A DNA stretch of 64,000 nucleotides from a virus, in the IMG/VR virus record IMGVR_UViG_3300043395_003089, positions 1 through 64,000 of that record; one strand, written 5' to 3'. Under the pieces are notes generated by a model. That model had not been told where the DNA came from, did no database searches, and was given only the letters and a program-made list of their open reading frames with translations. Of the stretch, positions 1-9,518 are shown in pieces; positions within the stretch are counted from its first letter, which is position 1; every line of letters starts with the position of its first letter. A program made the translations under genes and the position numbers.

Positions 1-70
1 TGGAGGCCCTCACCAGCGCTCGAAGCCTGATCGAGCGCTACGAGGCCGAGGAGCAGCTCCTACGTGAAGC

Positions 71-1018
71 TCAAGAGTCGCGGCCCCAAGAGGCCGACTT
101 GAGCGGTCCGTCGACGGCGGCGAGCACTTCGTCGAACGTGAGCCCGGCCGAGTAGCCGGTGTCGTCATGCCGACCGGCGAAAACGTAGTTATGAACGCCA
201 GACGCGTCGGACTCGAAGCCACGAAATCCGTGGCCACCCTGAAATTGCTGGGGGCCATGCCCCGAGATCGTGCGCGAGCGCATCACGCGCCGCCCGTTGC
301 AGAGCAACACGTATTCGTTCGGCTTGGCACCGTCGGTGTAGCCCTGGCCGTACGGCTGCGCGTAGACCGTGCAATGCCGTACTGGAACCGCTGGTAGCCC
401 GTTCTCGTCGGTTGTGATGCCTTCGAGGATGATATCGAATGCGAGTGGACCTGGCGCAAACCGTGTGACCTTGACGAGCTCGCGCTCGCGCAGCGCCTGT
501 TCGAGCGCCGTGTGCATCTGGTTCGCGTCGCCGCTCTCGCTCGGCAGTGAGATCGTCGTATACGCGTTCTGTTCGAGGATGCCAAGGCCGTAATCGCGTG
601 GCGCCTGATCCTCGTCGTGAGCAACCACAACCGGCTCGCGGCTTGGCTTGAACGCCACGTCTCGAACGTTGGGGACGCGCTCCCCGACCGAGAACATCTC
701 GCGGTTCAGATCCTCGACGTCGGCATGGCGAGCGATCAGCTCCTGCGCCATTGCAGTAACGCCTGGGTTGTACTTCTCTGCCAAGCCGTCGAGCCGAGCG
801 AGAACCTTGTCGGCGACGCGGTCTGCGAACAGATCGATCAACTCGTCGATCTTCGTCGCGATCTTCGAGGGCTGCTTGGGCTCGCCCTTGAGATCTCGCA
901 CGATCGGGGCGCCGGCTACCGTCGCGGGCGGCTTGGGTGGTGTCGGACCGGCGAGAGTGCCATTGTGGGGGATAACGGTCGCGCCGAAGGGATGCTCGTG
1001 GGCCTTGTTGATGGTCAT
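71..1018 (-). CDS. hypothetical phage protein
   Basis: Long ORF; the ATG at 1018 (MTINKAH) overlaps the stop of the upstream gene (ATGA coupling). Confidence 0.55.
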   Translation of the reverse strand: MTINKAHEHPFGATVIPHNGTLAGPTPPKPPATVAGAPIVRDLKGEPKQPSKIATKIDELIDLFADRVADKVLARLDGLAEKYNPGVTAMAQELIARHADVEDLNREMFSVGERVPNVRDVAFKPSREPVVVAHDEDQAPRDYGLGILEQNAYTTISLPSESGDANQMHTALEQALRERELVKVTRFAPGPLAFDIILEGITTDENGLPAVPVRHCTVYAQPYGQGYTDGAKPNEYVLLCNGRRVMRSRTISGHGPQQFQGGHGFRGFESDASGVHNYVFAGRHDDTGYSAGLTFDEVLAAVDGPLKSASWGRDS

Positions 1019-1530
1019 GCGCGCCAGCGTAAGACGCTCACGCGTCCGCGCCAACCACGCTCGATCAGGTTCGCTCGAAAAAGTCGGCTCTGCGGCATGA
1101 AACACGCGTGATGCTTGGCGCCCGACGCGCAGAGCTTGATCGCACGGTAGCCGCCGCCGTAGCCGAGCAGCTTGCAACGCTCGTTGTCGCGACATGCACG
1201 GCGCCACACGAGCAGATGCTGCGCGCCTTCTAGGTAGTTACTAACTAGATCGGAAGGCTGACAACGCGTCTGTGGGATCGGCGTCATCACGCCGCACGAG
1301 ACCTTGCCGCCGGCTTCGCGCGAGACGACGTTTTGCGTGTAGCGCGACTCGAACCACGCGATCGAGAGCAGGAGCGCCGGCCTGGTGTCCGTCACGATCC
1401 CGACGGCGAACGCCGAGGCCATGTGCTCGCGAGCGGTCTCGTGCGTCAGGTACGTCGGAGCTGTTCGTTGGAACGCCGCGACCTGCGCATCGTCGAGAAA
1501 CAACGAGACGAAGAAGGCTAGGAGCTGCAT
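1015..1530 (-). CDS. lytic transglycosylase (SLT/lysozyme-like) protein with N-terminal hydrophobic segment
   Basis: LLLSIAWFESRY catalytic-Glu motif followed by SCGVM (GxM-like); hydrophobic N-terminus. Confidence 0.55.
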   Translation of the reverse strand: MQLLAFFVSLFLDDAQVAAFQRTAPTYLTHETAREHMASAFAVGIVTDTRPALLLSIAWFESRYTQNVVSREAGGKVSCGVMTPIPQTRCQPSDLVSNYLEGAQHLLVWRRACRDNERCKLLGYGGGYRAIKLCASGAKHHACFMPQSRLFRANLIERGWRGRVSVLRWRA

Positions 1531-1554
1531 GTCGCGGACGCTAACACGCTCGCG

Positions 1555-1866
1555 CTAGCGCAGCGCCAAGTGATTCAACTCGGCCGTTTCGTGCCAGCGC
1601 TCGAAGCGCGCGAGCTTGGCCTTCGAGCGTTCCTCCATGCGCGGGCCGTCGAGATTGCAGTGCTGCACGACGAAGATCATCGCGGCTTTGAGATCCGCCA
1701 ACTCGTCTTCGAGCCGCTCGCGTAGGTTCGTGCCGTCCCAGTGCGCTTCTAGGCCACGCGTCTGGATCAGCTTGCCGATCACCTGCAATGTCTCGCCGGC
1801 TTCCTCGGCTAGTTTGCTGAGACCGGGCCACTCGGTGTCGCCGAGCGCGAACATCACTCGCTCCAA
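1555..1866 (-). CDS. MazG-like NTP pyrophosphohydrolase
   Basis: KLAEEAGETLQVIGK ... LEDELADL (ExxE/ExxD pattern); the true start may be 1857 or 1854. Confidence 0.75.
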   Translation of the reverse strand: MERVMFALGDTEWPGLSKLAEEAGETLQVIGKLIQTRGLEAHWDGTNLRERLEDELADLKAAMIFVVQHCNLDGPRMEERSKAKLARFERWHETAELNHLALR

Positions 1867-2312
1867 TGCGACGAGACACCGTCGATCTTGAACGGCACCG
1901 ACGCGGCCGTGTCATCGGCCTTCGATAGTCGCCGCAGGAAGTCGGCGATCTCGGCGTCGTAGTGCGAGTGGTACTGCGCGAGCGCGGGCGTGAAGATCGG
2001 CCGGTGTCGACCGGACATCACGATCAAGCGACCGAGCGTGAAGGCACGACCGAGCTCGACGTAGGCACCAACGGTCTCGCACTCGGGCAGGAGCAACCAG
2101 AACACGCCGGCTTGCTCGACTTCGTGCAAGCACTGGTTGATCGCCCACTGCTTGTACTGTTCGATCGTCGCGCCTTGTGGATTCGCCCTGCCGACCTTGC
2201 GGATGTTGTCGACCCACGTTGACGTGATCTCGATGCCGACTTCGCGCAACCGATTCATCCAGCGTTCCGCGCGCGTGATCTCTTTGCTCGCACCTGCGAT
2301 GTAGACTTTCAT
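1854..2312 (-). CDS. nucleoside 2-deoxyribosyltransferase-like protein
   Basis: MKVYIAGA N-terminus and GAYVELGRA motif. Confidence 0.65.
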   Translation of the reverse strand: MKVYIAGASKEITRAERWMNRLREVGIEITSTWVDNIRKVGRANPQGATIEQYKQWAINQCLHEVEQAGVFWLLLPECETVGAYVELGRAFTLGRLIVMSGRHRPIFTPALAQYHSHYDAEIADFLRRLSKADDTAASVPFKIDGVSSHWSE

Positions 2313-2342
2313 CGCAAGGGTTGTACCTCGGTGGTCTGCCAG

Positions 2343-2492
2343 CTAGCGATCTCGTCGGTTTCCGTCTCGGACGGCTTCCTCGACGCGCTCCAAAAGCTCC
2401 TTGAGCATTTGAAGCATCTCGTTGTGGCGCCTCTTTGCGTTCACGTCGAATTCGCGTAGCAGCGTGATCAATTCTTCTAGGTGATGGCTCAT
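2343..2492 (-). CDS. small 49-aa coiled-coil protein (not in ORF track)
   Basis: MSHHLEELITLLREFDVNAKRRHNEMLQMLKELLERVEEAVRDGNRRDR; fills the gap between coupled genes. Confidence 0.45.
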   Translation of the reverse strand: MSHHLEELITLLREFDVNAKRRHNEMLQMLKELLERVEEAVRDGNRRDR

Positions 2493-2809
2493 CAGCGGCC
2501 CTCCTTCGCTTGAGCGAGTTGTGATCGTCGACGCTCGGCCGCTTCGCGTTTGCGTCGCTCGACATTGCGCTCTGCGGCGGCTTGGGCGTCATCGCGTGAC
2601 TGATAGAGTGCCTTGCGGTCACGCGGGCAAACTTTCATGACGCGCGCGACGTGTTCGCACGTGGCGCACCAGTACAGCACCTGCACATACGCTCTTGGAT
2701 TGACAGGAACCTCCCAACCGAAGCCACGATAGCTCACGCGTTCGAGCACGCGGTAGCGTGTGACGAGTGGCCCACCGCAGATCGGACACGTGATCAACTT
2801 GCGTGCCAT
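2492..2809 (-). CDS. Zn-ribbon protein
   Basis: CPICG and CATCE pairs. Confidence 0.45.
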   Translation of the reverse strand: MARKLITCPICGGPLVTRYRVLERVSYRGFGWEVPVNPRAYVQVLYWCATCEHVARVMKVCPRDRKALYQSRDDAQAAAERNVERRKREAAERRRSQLAQAKEGR

Positions 2810-2811
2810 CA

Positions 2812-3333
2812 CTACTCCTGGCGCGGGAATTTCTTGCCGAGCCACTGCGCGAGCGCATCGAGCGCGCTCGTCACGTACGGAAACTCAGCGTCGCGGGTGT
2901 AGCCGTTGGGCTCGAATCGCGTGTGGCGCAGCTTGTCGAGCAGCGTGTGAAGATCTACGCCGTGTTGCAGCGCGATGCTCATGATCGTCGCCGTGGCATC
3001 GAGCGCACCGCTCGCGAGGCTGCCCGACCGATCGGCCTTGATGAAGATCTCGCCAGGTCGACCATCTTCGTAGAGCCCGACGTTGAAGTAGATCTTCATC
3101 AGCTCGACCGCAGGTGTCGGCGCGATCACGCCTTCTAGCCAGGCGCACGCCGAGTGCACACAATGCGAGACCGTGGGATCCAACTTGCCAGCAGCTTGTT
3201 CTTGTTCGGCGAGTCTCTTCAGATGCGCGAGGCCCTCTTTGATCTCGGGGGGTAGCCCGTCGTTGGCTTGGTAGGGCAGCGCGAAGCGACGGGTCATGCC
3301 CGTGCGTTCGGTCGCGAGCGATTGGCGTTTCAT
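2812..3333 (-). CDS. stand-alone TSCPD / NrdJb-like ribonucleotide reductase C-terminal domain protein
   Basis: KIYFNVGLYEDGRPGEIFI ... SIALQHGV ... TSALDALAQWL; start placed by the upstream 23-bp motif. Confidence 0.65.
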   Translation of the reverse strand: MKRQSLATERTGMTRRFALPYQANDGLPPEIKEGLAHLKRLAEQEQAAGKLDPTVSHCVHSACAWLEGVIAPTPAVELMKIYFNVGLYEDGRPGEIFIKADRSGSLASGALDATATIMSIALQHGVDLHTLLDKLRHTRFEPNGYTRDAEFPYVTSALDALAQWLGKKFPRQE

Positions 3334-3381
3334 CGTCGCGTTGTTGTAGCGCGCTGCTCTGCCAGCTACAGTTGAGCTCCG

Positions 3382-3606
3382 ATGAAGAAAATCAAAGCCA
3401 CGAAACTCACACTGCGCGCCGAGACCATCAAGTTGCTGACCGAGCCGGCGCTCAGAGAGGCCGCAGGTGGCATCTCGACCCAGGGCTGCATCACTACAAC
3501 GTGCCAGTACACCGTCGGCGTGACCTGCAACTCGGTCAACCCGTGCACGTATGGGCCGACGCAGACCATTTGCATCACCTACGTTCAACGAACTTGCGCT
3601 GCGTAG
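3382..3606 (+). CDS. RiPP (lanthipeptide-type) precursor peptide: 30-aa double-Gly leader plus 44-aa Cys/Thr-rich core
   Basis: Leader MKKIKATKLTLRAETIKLLTEPALREAAGG; core has 6 Cys, 11 Thr, 2 Ser; TACAGT -10-like box 9 nt before the ATG. Confidence 0.75.
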   Translation: MKKIKATKLTLRAETIKLLTEPALREAAGGISTQGCITTTCQYTVGVTCNSVNPCTYGPTQTICITYVQRTCAA

Positions 3607-3610
3607 GTCT

Positions 3611-3910
3611 TCATTTCTTGGGCTCCTTCGTGGGCTCCTTGCCGTAGATCAGCTCGCGGATCTCGATGGTCGTCTTGCCCTTGAGCTGCTCGAAGTCCTC
3701 ATCGGAGACATCGGCGCCGACCAACGGCCGCTGAGTGCACCAGCTCGTGCGGATGTTCTTGGCGAGCTTCGCCTCGTTGGCGACTTGTTCGCTCGGTGGA
3801 AGCGGATCTTCCTGTGCGCGCACGAGCGCGAGCGCGGCTTCATTGGCCGCTTCTGCGCTTTCGGCAACGGTGTAGACGTCGTAGATCACCAGCGTGTTGT
3901 AAAGGCGCAT
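3611..3910 (-). CDS. hypothetical protein
   Basis: Protein-like composition, tightly packed with neighbours. Confidence 0.55.
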   Translation of the reverse strand: MRLYNTLVIYDVYTVAESAEAANEAALALVRAQEDPLPPSEQVANEAKLAKNIRTSWCTQRPLVGADVSDEDFEQLKGKTTIEIRELIYGKEPTKEPKK

Positions 3911-3913
3911 CGA

Positions 3914-4405
3914 CTAATCACTCCCTCTCTGCGCTTGGCGCGCAGCTTTCTTTCGTGCGGTAACCGCACGATTGGCTTCATAGCGGCACTGGCGGCAGTA
4001 GCGCCCCTTGGTGCCATTACGCAACTCGTAGAGATAGGTATTTTCCGGCGTGTAGGCGTGACCATTTGGGCAAGCGTCAACGCGTGCGTTACGGCCAGCC
4101 CAACCGACCCCGCGTAGCAGATTTGTTTTGTTGGTCACTAGTTCTAGATGCGCCGGGTTCACGCAACAACGAACACGACATAGATGATCGATTACCAAGT
4201 CGTCACTAATCGGCCCACGCAGGCGCTGATAGCTATATCGATGCGCTAGCGTGTTGTTGTGCTTCAACTCTGGTAGGTAGACCACGCCATAACCGCAACG
4301 ATGCCAGCACCCGAGCCACAACCAGCACCCGGTGATTGGGCAAGGATATACTTGAGCCCAGAACGACTCCTCTAAACGATCGTCACCGAAGTTAATGTGG
4401 CTCAT
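3914..4405 (-). CDS. HNH homing endonuclease
   Basis: CWLWLG..GYG..AHRYSY..VIDHLCRVRCCVNPAHLE..N..N plus a C-terminal CPNGH/CRQC; visibly lower GC. Confidence 0.9.
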   Translation of the reverse strand: MSHINFGDDRLEESFWAQVYPCPITGCWLWLGCWHRCGYGVVYLPELKHNNTLAHRYSYQRLRGPISDDLVIDHLCRVRCCVNPAHLELVTNKTNLLRGVGWAGRNARVDACPNGHAYTPENTYLYELRNGTKGRYCRQCRYEANRAVTARKKAARQAQRGSD

Positions 4406-5043
4406 CGTGCTCGTGGCAGTGCGTAGGCCATCTGATAGAGCCCTCGATCCCACGCGATCGTGAAGGCCCGGCGAAGTCGATCGTTCTTGTCGTTGCGTAG
4501 CGTTGGTTCGAGACCGGTCACGTCGACGCAACGCGCATAGCGAATGTCATCTTGGAAGCGCTCGGCGGTCTCGCCGAGGCGCTCGAAGGTGCGGAGCCAC
4601 ACGTCGTTGTAGACCGTGCCGCCGCCGTGGCTGTTGGCGATCTTGAGCTCGATGCAGCGCTGGCCGGCGATGATGAACGGTAGGCTCTTAGCGTCCATAT
4701 CGATCGCGCAGAGCAGCGCTAGCCGCCACAATTGGTGCCGATCCATCTCGATCGTTTCGTAGGCGAGCATCGAATCGTCACGACGCCGTAGGATGTCAAT
4801 GAATCGCTCTACCTCATCGGTGTGCCCGAACGCCGGGGACGCGTGTTCTCGTACGCGTTGATAGCAGTCGAGCGCGAGCGTCGCGGCGTTCCAGCCGTCG
4901 CGCCATGGGATCGAGAACAGGTTCTCGGTCCAAGGCGCCTTCGCCGAGGAATCGAGCACGCTCACGAGCATCGCGAGATCGTCGTCGATCTTCGGGCGTC
5001 CGGGCTTACGCTTTGGTGGCTTGCGGCGTTGCTGCTTGGCCAT
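4402..5043 (-). CDS. hypothetical protein with basic N-terminus
   Basis: ORF; start set by the 23-bp motif at 5050-5072. Confidence 0.55.
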   Translation of the reverse strand: MAKQQRRKPPKRKPGRPKIDDDLAMLVSVLDSSAKAPWTENLFSIPWRDGWNAATLALDCYQRVREHASPAFGHTDEVERFIDILRRRDDSMLAYETIEMDRHQLWRLALLCAIDMDAKSLPFIIAGQRCIELKIANSHGGGTVYNDVWLRTFERLGETAERFQDDIRYARCVDVTGLEPTLRNDKNDRLRRAFTIAWDRGLYQMAYALPRAR

Positions 5044-6219
5044 GCGAGGGTTGTACCTCGCTGCTCTGACAGCTAATCCGTACGGCGCGCGGACCAAGGA
5101 TCTCGATCTGGCGCTCGCGGCTGAGCCCTCGGAAGGGGGTCCCTACGTGGTTCCAGATCTGCGCGTGACGTGCGCACAAGTAGATATCCGGCTCCTCGTC
5201 TGGCTCCTCGAATGTGTACTCGTCGTCGACGACAAACGTCGCAGGAGCGCCACAGATCCAATCGGCTTCGAGCCCGCCGTTCGCGATGCGTCGACGTTCC
5301 ATCTCACCGCGTGCAACGCCCATATACAACGCCTGATGGTTATCGAACACGCACGTACGCATCTTCAGAAGACCAATCGGCCGCTATAGATGTCGCGGCA
5401 TATGAACGGTACCTGGTAGTAGTCACACAACGCGCGGTTCACCAACCGCCGAACGTCTGGCGTTGCGCGGCTATCAATGTCGAGCAGCTTGACGAGGCAT
5501 GCGATCATGAATTGCTCGATCATCGCCCGCGTTCTTTCCTGATCAACGCGACGAACAGCCCGTGGCCAAACGGCAACAACTCCTTCGCGATCTTGTAGGC
5601 GTCCGGCGGGATGTCTTTGTCGGCCTGCAAGATCGCATCGCGGGCTACTTCGAGCTCGCCCTTCATTAGCTCATCGAGCCACAACTGGTGCACGAAGATC
5701 GTCACGATGTGGCTATCGCGCCGTAGAAACAACTCGCAAGGCCCGAGCGTACCGGTCCAATAGCGCGCGTAACGTGCCCAGTAGGACACGTTGCCGTGTC
5801 GTTCCTCGACAACGTTCGCGGTGTTCAGCTCGCCCGAATACACGTTGTAGACGTGCGCGTGGTCGCTGCGGTACCGCGGGATCTCGATCTTGATGTTCGG
5901 CGTGATCTGGATCGAGACACGCTCGGGCGAACCGCCGCCGGCAAGACGGATCATGTCAGCAAGCGGTTTCTCGATGCGTCGAATCGTGAACGCGACGTCT
6001 TTGGGCAGGGTCCACATCAGGCGATTTCGATTTGCGTGACTACCGAACAGACGCCTACGAGGTTTCGAGTTTCCCAATGCGTCTGAAGCTTTTGTAGGAA
6101 AACGAACGGATTTTCTCCCCAGGCGCGATTATCGACGCGATCACTGAATTCCTTGCCGCACTTCTCGCATGTCGCGTGCCAGTAGTTTCCGTCGTCGGTG
6201 CGTCGCAGGATGAACATCG

Positions 6220-8859
6220 TTACTCGTCCTCGGGCAACGCAACCTCGCCGTCGCCGGGCACCAACTCTAGCCGCGGATCAGTGTGGCGCCAGAGCCGAAA
6301 GTGCCGCTGCCCGTTGACGTTCTGTTGCTCGATGCGGAACACGCGTTCCACGTGCGTCGAGCGCAACTTGCTGACGAGCGTACGCGGCGTGTCTTTCCAC
6401 TGAATCTGCTTGCTCTGCGCGAACGTTTCTAGCTCGGCGTGGAGCACGTTCGCGTTGACCGTCCGGCCGATGTTCGTGGGCGCGTGACGCGACTTGTAAC
6501 CGATCCACTGTTCGAGCAGCTCGACCAACGGGTCTTCCTCGTTGACGAATGCGTCGCGCTCGCCTTGGAGCGCCGACAGAACGTGATCAACATCGTCGGT
6601 GCCCCATCCGAGCACGCGGCCAATCACGCGACCAAGCGCCGCGAACGACGCCATGCGGAAGCGCTCGTTGCGCGTCGAGAGTCCGCCCTCGGCACGGATG
6701 CGCGCGGAGATCTGGCCCAGAAACCAGAGGTATTCGCCGAACAGCGCCCCGCGGTTATCGAGTAGATCGTTGACGAGCGTGCCGCGATCGGTGAACGACT
6801 GACGACGATCGAAACGCAAGATCAAGCAACGATCGGCGACGTCATCACGGCGAAAGCTCGCCGGGTTGCGCGTCGCGACCGCGATGAAGCTCTGCGGCTT
6901 GATCACGAGGTTCTCGTCATCGGTGAATAGCCGCCGCTTGTGCCACTTCGCGCCGGTTGCGTACGCGGCGATCGCATCGGGCACCCAATCGATGAAGCTG
7001 TCCGTGTTGTCGAACAGCGCGATCGGCGAGCGCGTTAGGATCACGCCGAAGTCGTCTTCCTTGTTTCGTTGGAGCACCATCGGATGCTCGGCGCCGGTCA
7101 GAACCAACTGCGCGTGCGTCACGCATGACGTGTTGTGCGTGACCGTGAAGTCACCGAGCAAGAATCGGCCGTCGCCGTCGAGCTGGAAGCCGAAGTATTC
7201 GCCGTCGCCGATCGGCTCGATCTTGAACCCAGTACGTAGGACGTCTTTGACTTGTTGACGTGGCTTGGCTTGCTTGCGCTTGAGCTTGCACGGAATGCGA
7301 TCGATGTGACCACTGATCGTCACGCGATAGTAACTACCCTCGAAGCCGATCGACTTGATCGTCGCCCACTTGATCGTCGAGTACGCCGCGAAGCCTAGGC
7401 TGCGCGCCAAAAACAGCACGTCATCGCGAAGGCCGACATCCTTCATGGTGATCTCGTAGTAGTTGTTCCCGAGGTAGCCGTCGGTATCTAGAAGCCCAGC
7501 AAGCAGGTTTAGCCGCACGGGCTCGCTATTGATGAGGTACTCGCGTGGGATTCGTTTTTCTCCGTCGACGACACAGGTCTTGAAGAACGTACGGAGCGGG
7601 TTTCGTCCAGCGCCGCCGAGCGCCCCAGACGTGAAATGGCAAGTCACGACGCCGTTGCGTGGGTCGACATGCTTGCGGATAGTCAAGCCGTGTTGTGTCG
7701 CGATCTCCTCGCAATAGGCGTGGATCTCAGTGTCGTTTTTGGTGATCGCGGCGCCATCCTTGTGACCGTCACCAAGCCATAGCCCAACCAGATACGGCTC
7801 TACGCTTACGGCCCGCGTTGGGAAATAGACGGGGCAGCGAAACAACAGCGCCTGATCACGGCCGAGCGCCGTGTAGCGTTGGTAGCGCTTGAATTCACCG
7901 ATTTCTGCGTCGACGATCTTGTTTCGGTTGATCCATTCGTTGCGCTTGTTCTTGTGGCCGCTCAACACGACCGTTAGCACATGCGCATCGTTGCAGACGA
8001 ACGCGTCACCCTTGATCGGCGTTACGCGATAGAGCGGCCCGTGGCCTTTGGTGGTTCCAGAAACTCGACGCGGCTTCGAGTCGGGCCCCATCACAAGATC
8101 ACCGTCGACAACCCGCTCGACGGGCTTGACCGAGCCGTCGAACATCAACACAGGCGTTCCGCGGCCGAGACACTTACCCGCCCCCATCACGCCCTCGACG
8201 AGCAGGATCGGCTTGTCGATCAACAAGTCAGGAAACGCCAGCGCGAAGATCCAGATCGTGAGCGCCTTGCGTTGCAGCTCGGGCGTGATGCCCGCGAGCC
8301 CCGCCGCGGCGAAATTCGGGTTGGTCAGCCGTTCGAGCAGCATGCCGTGCGGCCCGATGTCGGGATTCGCGCATGGATGTCCGTCGTCGTCGTCGGCGAA
8401 GAACACGCCGTCCTCGCCGTTGGTGACGCGCGTGATCGCCTCGCCGTCGATCTTGTACATGCAGCCGTCGTAGTTCGAGATGTAGCCCGTCGTCGTGCGC
8501 GGATCGCACGCAGCGAACCGGCGCATCTCGGCCTTGACGCCCTTACGCTGGATGTAGTGCCGCACGGCATCGTGGATCGCCGTGGTCCACGGTTCGTGTT
8601 CGAGCAGCCCATAGGTCTCGTTGAGGTACCCGAACCACGCCGCGCCGCCGCGGTTCGGCACGCGCAAGACTTCATGCGACGCGCCGATCACCGCGTACAT
8701 CTGCCCGCCGGGCTGCGCGAGCACGAATTGCGTGCCGCTGACGAGCTCCTGTTCGAGCACGTAGTGCCAGATCGCGAGCCGCTTGTGGCGCGCGTCTAGC
8801 CGATCATCGCGCATGATGCGGCCGACGCGCATCCGGTGTTCGGCGCCACTAACAGACAC
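6220..8859 (-). CDS. P-loop helicase (primase-associated type) containing an intein
   Basis: Walker A LLVEGVMGAGK|T split by an intein; downstream LFDN, ATGAKWHKRRLFTD and DVADRCL motifs. Confidence 0.75.
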   Translation of the reverse strand: MSVSGAEHRMRVGRIMRDDRLDARHKRLAIWHYVLEQELVSGTQFVLAQPGGQMYAVIGASHEVLRVPNRGGAAWFGYLNETYGLLEHEPWTTAIHDAVRHYIQRKGVKAEMRRFAACDPRTTTGYISNYDGCMYKIDGEAITRVTNGEDGVFFADDDDGHPCANPDIGPHGMLLERLTNPNFAAAGLAGITPELQRKALTIWIFALAFPDLLIDKPILLVEGVMGAGKCLGRGTPVLMFDGSVKPVERVVDGDLVMGPDSKPRRVSGTTKGHGPLYRVTPIKGDAFVCNDAHVLTVVLSGHKNKRNEWINRNKIVDAEIGEFKRYQRYTALGRDQALLFRCPVYFPTRAVSVEPYLVGLWLGDGHKDGAAITKNDTEIHAYCEEIATQHGLTIRKHVDPRNGVVTCHFTSGALGGAGRNPLRTFFKTCVVDGEKRIPREYLINSEPVRLNLLAGLLDTDGYLGNNYYEITMKDVGLRDDVLFLARSLGFAAYSTIKWATIKSIGFEGSYYRVTISGHIDRIPCKLKRKQAKPRQQVKDVLRTGFKIEPIGDGEYFGFQLDGDGRFLLGDFTVTHNTSCVTHAQLVLTGAEHPMVLQRNKEDDFGVILTRSPIALFDNTDSFIDWVPDAIAAYATGAKWHKRRLFTDDENLVIKPQSFIAVATRNPASFRRDDVADRCLILRFDRRQSFTDRGTLVNDLLDNRGALFGEYLWFLGQISARIRAEGGLSTRNERFRMASFAALGRVIGRVLGWGTDDVDHVLSALQGERDAFVNEEDPLVELLEQWIGYKSRHAPTNIGRTVNANVLHAELETFAQSKQIQWKDTPRTLVSKLRSTHVERVFRIEQQNVNGQRHFRLWRHTDPRLELVPGDGEVALPEDE
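7132..8172 (-). mobile_element. intein with LAGLIDADG endonuclease (347 aa) in Walker A
   Basis: CLGRGTPVLMFDG ... VGLWLGDG ... LAGLLDTDG ... FTVTHN/T. Confidence 0.92.
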
Positions 8860-8932
8860 AGCTAGCTAGCCTACCTCACTGCCCTGCCAGCTCGCCAAGC
8901 ACTGGCAGCCCAGCGAGCTAAGGTGCTGCGCG

Positions 8933-9253
8933 ATGGCTCGTTACAACGTCTGCACGCAGCCGCGGTGCCGAAATCCGGTCGAAGTCACGCTTGAATCTCG
9001 ACGGTGCGGCATCCACGGCGGTGAAACCAAGCCCATGTGGGGCGTCTACCACGAGGAATACGGCTGGTTGACCGATACCGGCGTCGGTGGTTCGTACTCG
9101 TTCGATGTCGATCAGGTCTCGTGGTTCGAGAGCACCGATGACGCCGCTGCGAGCCTGCGCGCTTGTGATCTGCTCGAAGGCGAGGATCAGACCGAGGCTC
9201 GGGTCTCGCTCTGGCGCCGCATCGGGCCGTTTACGATCTTGCTGGTGAAGTGA
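8933..9253 (+). CDS. hypothetical protein
   Basis: First gene of the rightward operon, preceded by the 23-bp motif. Confidence 0.55.
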   Translation: MARYNVCTQPRCRNPVEVTLESRRCGIHGGETKPMWGVYHEEYGWLTDTGVGGSYSFDVDQVSWFESTDDAAASLRACDLLEGEDQTEARVSLWRRIGPFTILLVK

Positions 9254-9518
9254 TGGCGAACGAAGACTCGACACCCGGTATCTGGCAGAACGAGCGATGG
9301 ACCATCGTCTTGGCGCATGTCACGCACTGCATTTGGTCGCTCGGTTCAGCTTCAGCTTCCCGTGAGCATGCAGATCACCTAGTGATTCATTTTTCTGATG
9401 GCGGGATGCTTGAGCTATACGCGACAGACGCAACCGGCCCCGAGGCGCGAACCGCGGCGCGGCTAGAGATGGGTGATAGCTTCGTGCGAGCGCTCAACCA
9501 ATACTGGGAGACCAAGCG

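Noticed and set aside
2812-3588. 258-aa ORF as given, or a complete ribonucleotide reductase
   Set aside because: The 5' part is antisense to the RiPP precursor; the real start is 3333 and only the TSCPD-like domain is present
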